Positions 1-12,035 of a stretch of 64,000 nt of DNA are shown here, piece after piece. The stretch is taken from the NCBI RefSeq assembly GCF_006345805.1, contig NC_043014.1, positions 48,670,001-48,734,000 of the forward strand, in the 5' to 3' direction. Source of the stretch: Octopus sinensis (taxonomy: Eukaryota). The notes beneath the pieces are model-generated. The model made no database searches and was not told the DNA's origin. It saw only the letters and a program-made list of their open reading frames with translations. Position 1 is the stretch's first letter. Each line of letters begins with the position of its first letter. The translations under genes were made by a program, and so were the position numbers.

Positions 1-124
1 GATCTCAGATCAAGTCACTTGCTATGCAAGTACATCTCTGTAACTATATATATATGTATATTGGTAAAAACAGTAAGATAACAAAAGAAAGAAAGAGACC
101 TCAATATTATGTAAATAGAGGAAA

Positions 125-519
125 TCTTTATATATAAAAGTGAGGTTGTGTGTCTGTCTCCTACGATTTAGATTCCTAACTACTCCCACATTTTGCGGTG
201 CAGTTTAACCAAAACCGGGTATCTTATAGTCGTGATTCATATCGAGACCGTCTGGGTATTAGCGCGCGTCTACGATGAGTCTACGATTTAAAAAAAAATT
301 TACCATCAATTTTTCCCATTTTTAATCCATTTTTGACATATATAAGGGAAGTAACTCTCTAAAATTTATTATTAAATCTCAGAACGTAAAAAGCTACAGT
401 AACACCCCTCCCCCTTTGTGGTTAGCCATATTGAGATGGCTATTATACTTTACATCTCTAAAAATGCTTATATAATTATTTCCCTTACAAACCCAAGTAA
501 CACCGGGCGATACTGCTAG
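125..519 (+). mobile_element. Non-autonomous Helitron-like element
   Basis: Starts TC(tttatatataaaag), ends with a small GC-rich subterminal motif and CTAG, inserted between A and T with no TSD. Confidence 0.65.
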
Positions 520-628
520 TTTCTTTATAGTTCCAATTAATCAAGGGCCAGTGAATAAGGGAGCTGTTCTGGGTTCTGAGAATGGGAGCCCAAGATTTGA
601 TGGCACTTTACCTCACAATATTGTTTCT

Positions 629-975
629 TATTTTCTTTATTGCTCACAAGGGGCTAAACAAAGAGGGGACAAACAAGGACAAAGGGATTAAGTTGATTAC
701 ATCAACCCCCAGTGCGTAACTGGTACTTCATCGACCCTGCAAGAATGAAAGGCAAAGTTGACCCCGGCGGAATTTGAATTCAGAACGTGGCAGCAGACAA
801 AATACCTATTTCTTTACTACCCACAAGGGGCTAAACACAGAGGGGACAAACAGGGACAGACAAAGGGATTAAGTCGATTATATCGACCCCAGCGCTTTAC
901 TGGTATTTATTTTACTGAACTCAAAAGGATGAAAAGCAAAGATGACTTCAGTGAGATTTGAGCTTAGAACATAAA
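629..975 (-). mobile_element. tRNA-derived SINE family B, dimer (5'-truncated)
   Basis: Two tandem units joined at aatacc|tatttc (806/807); B-box-like GAGTTCAAATTCC on the minus strand. Confidence 0.85.
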
Positions 976-1744
976 GCTAAAAGAAAGATTGATGGACTGA
1001 AATTAGTTAATTCCATGAACAGAAATCCTTAATTTTTCCTCTGCTAACCTTCTTTGAATTTCTTTTCTTGTCTTAAAAGTTCTTCAGCTTCCCCAGGCTT
1101 GACATTATTCGGCACAAAATTTGATAAATCCATGAGCTAAAGAGGATAATCCATTTTTCGCAATTGTTCATTCCTTCTTTTGATATCCTAATAAACAACT
1201 ATGAATACAACACCTTCAACTAGAAAACTGATGTCTGACATTTTACACATGACCTCTTACATGGTGTGCAATCTTTTACACAGCATATGACCTTACATGG
1301 TGTTCAACCAGTTAGGGGAAAAGTTTAGGACAAGTGACTTTCCAAAGACAGGTACGGACCATATGGTTAGGAAGTTTACTTCACAAGTTTGGTCCCACTT
1401 CACAGCACCTTGGCAAAATGTTTTCTCGTTTTTGCCTTGGGCAGACCAATGCCATGCGAAGGGATTTCAATGACAGAAAGCTTCTTGTGTCTGTGTGTCC
1501 CCGTTTATATATATATGTCAAAAGTATGTGTGTGAGCATGTGCATTATGTTTATATTGCATGCTTGTTATTGCTTTGAACAAAGCAGTGATGATGTTGAC
1601 ATTACGACTGGTCACTCTGCACTTTTGAAAACCTGTGGAATAAAGAAATCCCTTACTTGAAAACAGGTAAGGGTTGGCAACAGGAAGAGCACAAGGGTAG
1701 TAAAATGAAACTGGTGGTGGACCACATTATGTGTAACTGTTATT

Positions 1745-2050
1745 GACCAACACCTTAGTCACCGGCACCCTACTGCCCAAAATCCTAATCCCCCGCCCCC
1801 TTCTGTCTGACACCCTAGTCAACCACATCCCCCCACAGTCCAACACCCTACTGTTCAACACCTTAATCACCAGCACCCCATTGTCCAATACCCGAACAAC
1901 TAGTACCCTACTGTCAGACACCCTAGTCACCAGTACCCATCTGTCCAACACCCTAGATTTTTTAAACACTCTGGTCACAAGCAAGCTATGGTTTGAGATG
2001 ATAGTCACCAACACCCTACTGTTTGGGACCACAGTCACCCATAAAACCAT
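1745..2050. repeat. About 30-bp C/A-rich minisatellite (acaccctagtcaccagtacccatctgtcca-like)
   Basis: Visible degenerate tandem periodicity; explains ORFs 1727-2050 and 1743-2084. Confidence 0.85.
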
Positions 2051-2182
2051 TGTCCGACACTCTAATGAACAGTACCCCTATTAACCCAGCTATCAATTCT
2101 ATCGTGTACAGAAGCAGAAAGATGATGAGTGAACAGTAGAGATGTGTCACTGCAATACGTGAGAGAAAGGTTAAAAACTTAC

Positions 2183-2324
2183 AGCGGCAGCAACATATAT
2201 AGGCATCAATGGATGGGACGCTATAAAGAAGTCGTATAACCTGACTATGTGACGATATTCTTTCAACACATGACCGTACCACGTGATAATCCAGCTGAGA
2301 CAGAACATTGTACCAACTTCAGCC
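2183..2324 (-). CDS. TBC1D20: TBC1D20 coding exon 7
   Basis: 142 nt, acceptor cttctcttgcag, donor GCT|GTAAGT; [47 protein letters not shown]. Confidence 0.95.
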
Positions 2325-3641
2325 CTGCAAGAGAAGTGATTGAGTCAGAATGTATATTGGATATAGAGTGAGTGTGTGTGTGTGTATTAGAGCAAGTAAG
2401 GATATCATCATCGTTTAACGTCCGTTTTCCGCGCTAGCACGGGTTGGACGGTTCGACCGGGGTCTACACCAGGCTCCAGTCTGATCTGGCAGAGTTTCTA
2501 CAGCTGGATGCCCTTCCTAACGCCAACCACTCTGCGAGTGTAGTGGGTGCTTTTTACGTGCCACCTGCACAGGTGCCCGGGGGGGGGGGGTCCGGCATCG
2601 GCCACGATCGGTTGGTGCATTTAACGTGCCACCGGCATGGCAGCCAGCGAAGGTGGCGCTGGCATCGGCCACGTTTGGATGGTGTTTTTTATGTGCCACC
2701 GGAACTGGAGCCAGTTGAGGCAGCACTGGCATCGGCCACGTTCGGATGGTGCTTTTTATGTGCCACCGGCACAGAAGCCAGTCGAGTCGAGATATGATTA
2801 TGCATATATCAGCTCTGCAATAGAAATAAATGAGGCTGTCAGTATTTGTATTGGACACAGGATGTATATTACTGGCAGTACACACACAAAGATTCTGCAT
2901 AATCCAGCCTTGTAATGGAAGGGATTAAGATAGATAACAGTGTGTGAGGTCTGGCCAAGAAGAAACTGAACTTGGAAAAGCAGCTCACCAACCAACTGGT
3001 GCAGAGTGCATCTGACTGCAGTATTGTGTAAGAGCATTTGATCTTCAGTCACACAAAGCCACATCAATTTACATGTGCTAGCATGAGCTGTTTGTTTAAA
3101 TTCGGGGATTTGTCACCAATTAAACAGAGAAGGGTTTGTGTGAAGTTCTGTTTCAAACAGAAAAATATTTATGGAGATTTTTCTAATGTTACAACAGACC
3201 AATAGAGAAGATTGTTTGAGCTGTACCAGTTTTTCAAGTGGAGAAGATGTCCACAACAAAGGGTGGTAATCACATCGCTATTTGGGTGTTGATCTGTGGA
3301 AATTGTTGCCTGACGAAGGAGCAGGCATCTGAAAATGTTTGTACCACATGATTTTAAGAGGGAAACAGGTAGAATAATTAGGGGCCTGATATAGCCAGTT
3401 TTAATGCTAAAGGGTTAAAATGGAAGACAAGCAAGAAATTTGTTTTTTTTAAAGTTTAGTTTCTTTTAGGATAGACCTTATACACTGAACACTGCGTGTG
3501 TACATGTGTGTGTGCGTACATGTGGTAAAAACAGACTTACCAACTGGATACAGAATATGTGAGAGAGAGTGTATATAAGAGAAAGAATGTGCACATGCAG
3601 TAAAAGTGGTGAAAACCTCAGCTCTACAATAAAATTGATTG

Positions 3642-3696
<55 letters not shown>

Positions 3697-6600
3697 AAGC
3701 ATCTTAGTTACAAAGAACATATATGAGAGAGAGTGCATATAATACTGATAGCATGTATGTATATTACCTAGCTTTTATTTGTATGTCATTGGGTTGTGAC
3801 CATACTGTGGCACTGCCTTGAAGAGTTTAGCCAAACAAATCAATCCCATGCTTTTTCCTTTCTTTTAAAGCCAGGTACTTATTCCATCAGTCTCTTCTGA
3901 TGTGCTGCTAAGTTATAGGGGATGCAAACAAACTAATAGCGGTTGTTATCAAGCAGTGATGGGGGACAAACATGCACAAAGGCACATGCATACATACACA
4001 CACACACACAACAGGTTTCTTTCAGTTTCCGTCTACCACATTACACAGAATAAATAGGGGTAGCATAAAGTAGAAGATATTTTAGTTTTGTTCAGGGTAC
4101 AAGGCCACTCACTAGTAATAGTTCCACAATAAAATGTAGTGAGTACACTATGTAAAGCAGTTGGTAAACGGCAGAGACAATGTAGGGTCGAAAGACTCCT
4201 TTAGACGCCACAGCTAAACTCCACTCAGTTCACACAAACCCCCAGCTAAACTCCACTCAGTTCACACAAACCCCCAGCTAAACTCCACTCGGTTCGCACA
4301 AACCCCCAGCTAAACTCCACTCGACTCACACAAGCCCCCACCTAAATTCCACTCAACTCACACAAGCCCCGACCTAAACTCCACTTGACTCACACAAGCC
4401 TCCACCTAAATTCCACTCGACTCACACAAGCCCCCACCTAAATTCCACTCGACTCACACAAGCCCCCACCTAAATTCCACTCTACTCACAAGCCCTCACC
4501 CAAACTCCACTAGACTCACACAATCCCATTCACCTCCCACAAGTTCCCAGCTAAACTCTCACTTTCCACAAGTCTCCAACTAGACCCTACTCTTCAAAAG
4601 TTTTCAGCCAATCACCACCCACTTTACACAAGTCTCTAGCTAAACTATCTACTTCCCACAAGCCTCCCATTACATTCACACCTCCCACAAGTCTGCAATT
4701 ACTCTCACCCCCACCCACCAAGCCTCCCTTACTCTCACACCTCCCCACAAGCCACCCATTACTCTCACACCTCCCCACAAGCCTCCCATTACTCACACCT
4801 CCCCACAAGCCTTCCATTACTCTCACACCTCCCACAAGTCTCCCGTTACTCTCACACCTCCCACAAGTCTCCCATTGTTCTCACACCTCCCACATGTCTC
4901 CCGTTACTCTCATACTTCCCACAAGTCTCCTATTGCTCTCACACCTCCCCATAAGCCTCTCATTACTCTCACACATCCCCACAAGCCTCCCATTACAGTC
5001 ACACTTCCCTGCCACACTTTCTATTCAAAAACAGATCAATAAAAGACTTACTTCTGAAGATAGGCTTCAAGTTTAGGATTAACTTTGGCCAATATTGGGA
5101 AAACATAATCCATTATAACTTTGGTCCTCTCCATAGTGCTACCCATATAGTCACTGGCAAACAAAGACAGAAAGAGAAAGAATGTTCATAACAAGCAGAA
5201 AAAGAATTTCACTCAACATCAATCTCAGTTTAAAAACGAGAAAATATCTTTAAAATTTACAAACAGTAAAATGAATTTTTTTTTCAAATTTAATTTCCAT
5301 CTAGTCAAATAAGATAGGAAGTTGTCTCAATATTCTTGGCTAAAAGATTGGATGAAAACAAGTATTACTTAAACAAATTCCATCAGAGCCATATAAGAAT
5401 GATACATTGTGGACATTAAAATGATATTGATGATCATGAATGATGGCATATTCAGTCTGTGATAAAGAGATCAGAGCAACTGGTTTCAAATTTTAGTAGC
5501 CTCATCAGAGATTGGTTACTCATTTCAGTCACAGAACATGGCTATTTATAGCAACAATTCAGAGATCAACTGGTCAGTCTAGTTTGCTTAACAGGGCAGG
5601 TGTTAACGACATCTAATAATTAATGCTTACATGGCTTAGTGGTTAGGGGCATTCGGCTCACGATTGTAAGGTCATGAATTCAATTCCTGGAGGTGCATTG
5701 TGTCCTTGAGCAAGACACTTTATTTCACGTTACTCCAGTCCATTCAGCTGGCAAAAATGAGTTGTGCCTGTATTTCAAAGGGCCGGCTTTGTCACACTTT
5801 GTGTCAAGCTGAATCTCCCTGAGAACTACGTTAAGGGCACACGTGTCTGTGGATTTCTCAGTCACTTGCACGTTAATTTCACGAGCAGGCTGTTCCATTG
5901 ATCGTATCAGCTGGGACCCTCATCGTCGCAACCGACGGAGTGCTCCTACATGGTTATATTATTGACCACAGGTGTACAAACGGTAGAGTGGATGATCCTG
6001 GTGGGATTTTGAACCCAGAAAATAGTGAAGGGGATAAAACTAAAATACTATAACAAGATACTAAAGACAAAACTACATCGTCTTTGCCTTCTATTTAACA
6101 AACAGTTGTCACAAACATTATCTATGCCCTGTATTTACCAGGTATTTATACCACAAAGCTATATCTATGTCCTATTTTCAAGATATCTATTACAAGATTA
6201 TGTTACCTATACACTATGTATTTAGTCTAACACTTTCCCTTCTCCATCGCCACCTTCAATAATTATTTCTATTATAGACACAAGGCCTGGAATTTTGAGG
6301 GAGGGGCCTTGTCAGTTACATCGATCATGATTTTATCGACTCCAATAGGGTGAAAGGCAAGTTGACCTCAGTGGAATTTGAGCTCAGAATGTAAAGGCAG
6401 ACGAAATACCAAGCATTTTGTCTGGCATGCTAACAATTCTTATTTTTTTTATTGCTCACAAGGGGCTAAACATAGAGGGGACAAATGGATTAAGTCGATT
6501 ACATCGACCCCAGTGCGTAACTGGTACTTAATTTATCGACCCCGAAAGGATGAAAGGCAAAGTTGACCTCGGCGGAATTTGAACTCAGAATGTAAAGGCA

Positions 6601-9600
6601 GACGAAATACCTATTTCTTTACTACCCACAAGGGGCTAAACATAGAGAGGACAAACAAAGGGATTAAGTCGATTACATCGACCCCAGTGCGTAACTGGTA
6701 CTTATTTAATCGACCCCGAAAGGATGAAAGGCAAAGTTGACCTAGGCGGAATTTGAACTCAGAACGTAAAGGCTGACGAAATACCTATTTCTTTACTACC
6801 CACAAGGGGCTAAACACAGAGAGGACAAACAATGACAGATAAAGGGATTAAGTTGATTACATCGATCCAAGAGCATAACTGGTACTAATTAAATGACCTT
6901 GAAAGGATGAAAGGCTAAGTCGAACTAGGCGGAATTTGAACTCAGAACGTAAAGACAGACGAAATACCACTAAGCATTTTGCCCGGCGTGCTAATGTTTC
7001 TGCCAGCTCACCGCCTTCGACATGCTAACAACTCTATCAAGTCACTGCCTCTATAATAACAATTTCTTAGGGCATGTCAAGCTAAGCATGATCACTGTCT
7101 TTCACACATACAGGCTGGTCCTTTCAGGTGCTGGTGCCACTTAAAAAGCAGCCTAATGGTTGGCATTAGAAAGGGCATCCAGTTGTAGAAACCATACAAC
7201 TGACAGTCTGGACAGTTCCCTGCTAGCCAGCTTCCTGTCAAACAATCCGACCCATGCCAGCATGGAAAGTGGATGTTAAGCAATGATGAAGATGATTATG
7301 AAGGTCACATATTTATAAAGAAGGATGCAATCACTTGACTTTTTATCAACCCCATCTGACCCACAAGGATAAAAGGTAAAGTTAACTTCAACAGGCTTTG
7401 AACTTGCAATATAAAAGCATGTAATTAAAAGACAAGGCAATCTGGCCAGCCATCAGCAAAATCTACCTGGCTCTTCTTCCCCTCCGGCCGAAAGTAAAAA
7501 GAATTCAATACAAGCAAATAGGAAAATACTGCGATTTACCTTAAATGTGAGATGCTAAGTCTATCTACAACGGCATATGCAAGGTCTTCACCAACAGTCA
7601 GCAGGATCGTAACACAAATATCATGGTAGCCCTTGAGATATCAAAGAGATAACACCAAAGTTAGCAGTATCATTTATCACAGGAGAGAGAGAAAGAGAAT
7701 ATTCAACAACAATTTTAAAATATCAAGCATTTTTCTTTTTTTACTTCTTTTGCTTGTTTCAATCATTTGACTGCGGCCATGCTGGAGCACCGCCTTTAGT
7801 CAAATCAAATCAACCCCAGGACTTATAAGCCTAGTACTTATTCTATCGTTCTCTTTTGCTGAACTGCTAAGTTACGGGGACCTAAGCACACCAGCATCGG
7901 TTGTCAAGCGATGTTGGGGGTGACAAACACAGACACACAAAGATATATACATATATACGACGGTCTTCTTTCAGTTTCCGTCTACCAAATCCACTCACAA
8001 GGCTTTGGTCAGCCCGAGGCTATAGTAGAAGACACTTGCCCAAGGTGCCACGCAGTGGGACTGAACTCAGAACCATGTGGTCAGTAAGCAAGCTACTTAC
8101 CACACAGCCACTCCTGCACCTACATTTAGATTTTTTTTCTTCAACTTCCACTGTTCTAGAATTGTCACAACCCTAAAATTCCTAAAATTCTATTATTTAA
8201 CCCTTTTGCATTCAGATTACTGTCAAATGTTATGTTTATCTATTCACATTCTTTTGAATTAATCATGCATGATCTTGTAGCTTTGACATTGTAGCATAGG
8301 TGTAAAAGTCTGGATCTGCTAAATTTTAATGTAAAACATAAGATATTTGGGCCAGATATGGTCAGTTAAAAGGTTGAAGAATTAAAAGAAAAAAATCCAA
8401 CTTTTTTATTAATAATATTTCTATGAAAGACCCTAGTTTCTTCCTATCTCAATGCTTAAAAACAAAAGTATTGTGGACAGTCTATTTGACTAAATCCTTC
8501 AAAGCAGAGCCCCAGCATGGCCACAGTCCAATGACTGAAACAAGTAAAAGATATATAAGCAAGACATGACCCTTTCCAGTCTGTCTGAGAGGGCAGTATC
8601 TTTGAATAGCAGGGAAAGCAGATGTAAAACAGGGGTGATGATATTCTTTTCTGCTCTAGGCACAAGGCCTGAAATTTTGGGGGAGGGGGCCAGTCGATTA
8701 GATCGACCCCAGTACACAACTGGTACTTAATTTATCGACCCTGAAAGGATTGAAAGGCAAAGTCTACCACGGCGGAATTTGAACTCAGAACATAAATAGG
8801 CGCAGGAGTGGCTGTGTGGTAAGTAGCTTGCTAACCAACCACATGGTTCCGGGTTCAGTCCCACTGCATGGCATCTTGGGCAAGTGTCTTCTGCTATAGC
8901 CCCGGGCCGACCAATGCCTTGTGAGTGGATTTGGTAGACGGAAACTGAAAGAAGCCTGTTGTATATATGTATATATATATATATGTGTTTGTGTGACTGT
9001 GTTTGTCCCCCTAGCATTGCTTGACAACCGATGCTGGTGTGTTTACGTTCCCGTCACTTAGTGGTTCGGCAAAAGAGACCGATAGAATAAGTACTGGGCT
9101 TACAAAGAATGAGTCCCGGGGTCGATTTGCACGACTAAAGGCGGTGCTCCAGCATGGCCGCAGTCAAATGACTGAAGCAAGTAAAAGAGAGTAAAAAGAG
9201 TAAAACAGGGATAATGATATTAAAATATTAAAGCTTTAGTAAATGAATTGATGATATAAAAATAAGAATATCCAACCTGATAATAATGCAATTCTGGATG
9301 ATTTATCAGAACATGAAGAATGAGGACCACAAGTTTATCCTGAAGAACCAATCGTTTATCCTCTCGCATACCTAAAAAAAGAAGAACAAAGAACACTGTG
9401 ATAAAATCGTCAACTGCATCAGGATGACAACCTCACCAATTTCTCATTTGAAAAAAATTGAAGGTTTTCTGTCACATTATTACGCTCAGAGTTGCTGAAG
9501 CATGGAATAAACTGCCTGCATCAGTTGTTGACTGCCATGACACTGCATCCTTTAAGGCCCTCATGCTTTCCGAAATCCGCCAAAACTACACCTGATTATA

Positions 9601-11974
9601 TATACACTTTAGATGAGTTGTAGTGCACCTGAGCACTGTACACAATTATTATTATTATTATAGTGTGCACTACTGACACCCCTTCTCTCTCTCTCACCCC
9701 CACTATCAATTGTCATGTTCCTTAAGGTACAGTTTTATATCTCCCATGCTATTAGAAATGCACATACACAGACATTCATACACTCAGCCAAGATCATATT
9801 CAAAGGCTATTCTAGTGACAAACATCAACACACCTAAAACCCTAGACACCCAAAATACCTCTCTTTCTGTCACTTCCATTGCCACAACAACACCCTTCAC
9901 TTCTCTGAATTAACAAACCGCATCCCTCTATCCCATCTCTCCTCATTTCTATTACATCTCACACCCCAGATGAAGCACTAAATTTCCTTTTTTAGTGTCT
10001 CCTCATTCCTCTTCTTACTTACTTGTACTTGTGGCGACATTGACCCTGGGTGGGTTGAGTCGGCTTCTTCCACCACCCTCGAGGCATCTCGAACCATGGC
10101 AGCCCACGCATGACAGTCCTGTGCCAGTTCACTGGAGATAGCAAGCCAGTCACGGTTCCATCGGCGCAGGCCGACCACCTGCGGTCCCGTGAGCACGGAG
10201 AGGTCCTTGATCGTCGTAACCCAGGTCTTCAGCTGCCAGCCCACGCGTTTCCGCCAGTTGGGAGAAGGACATCACGGCTCAGTTCACACACCGGACGCCG
10301 ACATGCATGGCCAAACCACCGCAAGCGCCGTTGCAGAAGGACAGATGGAAGGGTTGTGGTGTTTTATATATCTTGCGTCCCCAAAGTCTTCTTACTCAGA
10401 GTAATCCCAGTAATACAGCCAACCCCTACTCTCCTTCCTCGCTTTCCCATCAATACAGCCAACCCCTACTCTCCCATCAACAATAACATAATCCAATACA
10501 AACCTGGAGGAAACCTCGAAAGAGATCTTTCAACATCCAGGAGAACTTGCTCATAGTCTCGATGAGTTTTTAATACTGAAAGTTCTGGAACAGAGCAAAG
10601 AAAACAAATTAAAAAAGGTTTAAGGGTGTTTGTAGAAATTATAGTTAAATTACTCATTTCGTTTTTATGATACTGTCTGGAGGAGGAGACAGTGTTCCCT
10701 GACCTTCACAGAATAGAGGGAAAAGCAATATCTACACTCAGTTGTGATACCTGTGCCGGTGGCATGTTAAAAGCACCATCCATATGTGGCCAATGCCAGC
10801 GCCGCCTTGGCTGGCATGTAAAATGCACCAACCAATAGTGGCCATTTGCCAGCCTCCTCTGGCCCCTATGCTGGTGGCCCGTAAAAAGCACCCACTACAC
10901 TCACGGAGTGGTTGGCATTAGGAAGGGCATCCAGCTGTAGAAACATTGCCAGATCAGACTGGAGCCTGGTGCAGCCTCCTGGCTTCCCAGACCCCGGTCA
11001 AACCATCCAACCCATGCTAGCATGGAAAACGGACGTTAAATGATGATGATTGTCTATCCTCCAAAAATGTTAAGTCTAATACCTATTTCTTTATTACCCA
11101 CAAGGGGCTAAACATAGAGGGGACAAACAAAGGTATTATGTCGATTACATCGACCCCAGTGCGTAACTAGTACTTAATTTATCGACCCCGAAAGGATGAA
11201 AGACAAAGTCGACCTCGGCGGAATTTGAACTCACAACGTAACAGCAGACGAAGTACCGCAAAGCATTTTGCCCGGTGTGCTAACGCTTCTGCTAGCTCGC
11301 CGCCTTTTTAAGGCCAATACCATTGATGTTCAGCTTGACTTTCTGTATATCCATGTGAACAAAAAGAAAGTACTAGAAATGGACATTCTGGCAACATTTA
11401 GGGCCGTCATTGGCAAACTGTGGTTCATAGGACTTTCTAAATGGCACACTGAATAAAAACCACCTTGAATTCCTTTCAGTAGGGTGACCCGCCAGATGAC
11501 AAGTCATGTCTTATGTCACCCACTCCATGAAAAAATATTACCCATGGCGGGTTTAGGGTTTAGTGCGGTATGGGGGGTGGGCAGATGTGAAAGAAAGGGA
11601 CAGTGTGAATGATGAGAAGAACTAAGAGACATGGTTTAAGAGGAGGCGTATGATATGCATTTGTCTGTAAAGTGGAAAATGCAAGAACCAACAATAATTT
11701 GCAATATCAGGACAAGGAGAGACAAGCATACGCACACATATATATTTCTTTATTGCCCACAGGGGGTGAAAAAGAGGGGACAAACAAGGACAGACAAAGG
11801 GATTAAGTCGATTACATCGAACCCCAATACGTAACTGGTACTTATTTAATCGATCCCGAAAGGATGAAAGGCAAAGTCGGCCTCGGCGGTATTTGAACTC
11901 AGAACATAATGGCAGCCGAAATACCGCTAAGCATTTCGCCCGACGTGCTAATGGTTCTGCCAGCTCGCCGCCCA

Positions 11975-12035
<61 letters not shown>

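Noticed and set aside
2578-2590. Poly-G run (also poly-C at about 16556 and 35486) as G-quadruplex elements
   Set aside because: Isolated homopolymers inside repeats; their length may be a sequencing artefact
6612-6785. Retrozyme-type hammerhead inside the tandem SINE-B unit
   Set aside because: No CUGAnGA or compensated core with a GAAA/stem arrangement found on either strand of the unit
8799-8875. tRNA-like A/B-box sequences at SINE heads
   Set aside because: They run into SINE bodies and do not close a full cloverleaf; these are retroposon heads, not tRNA genes
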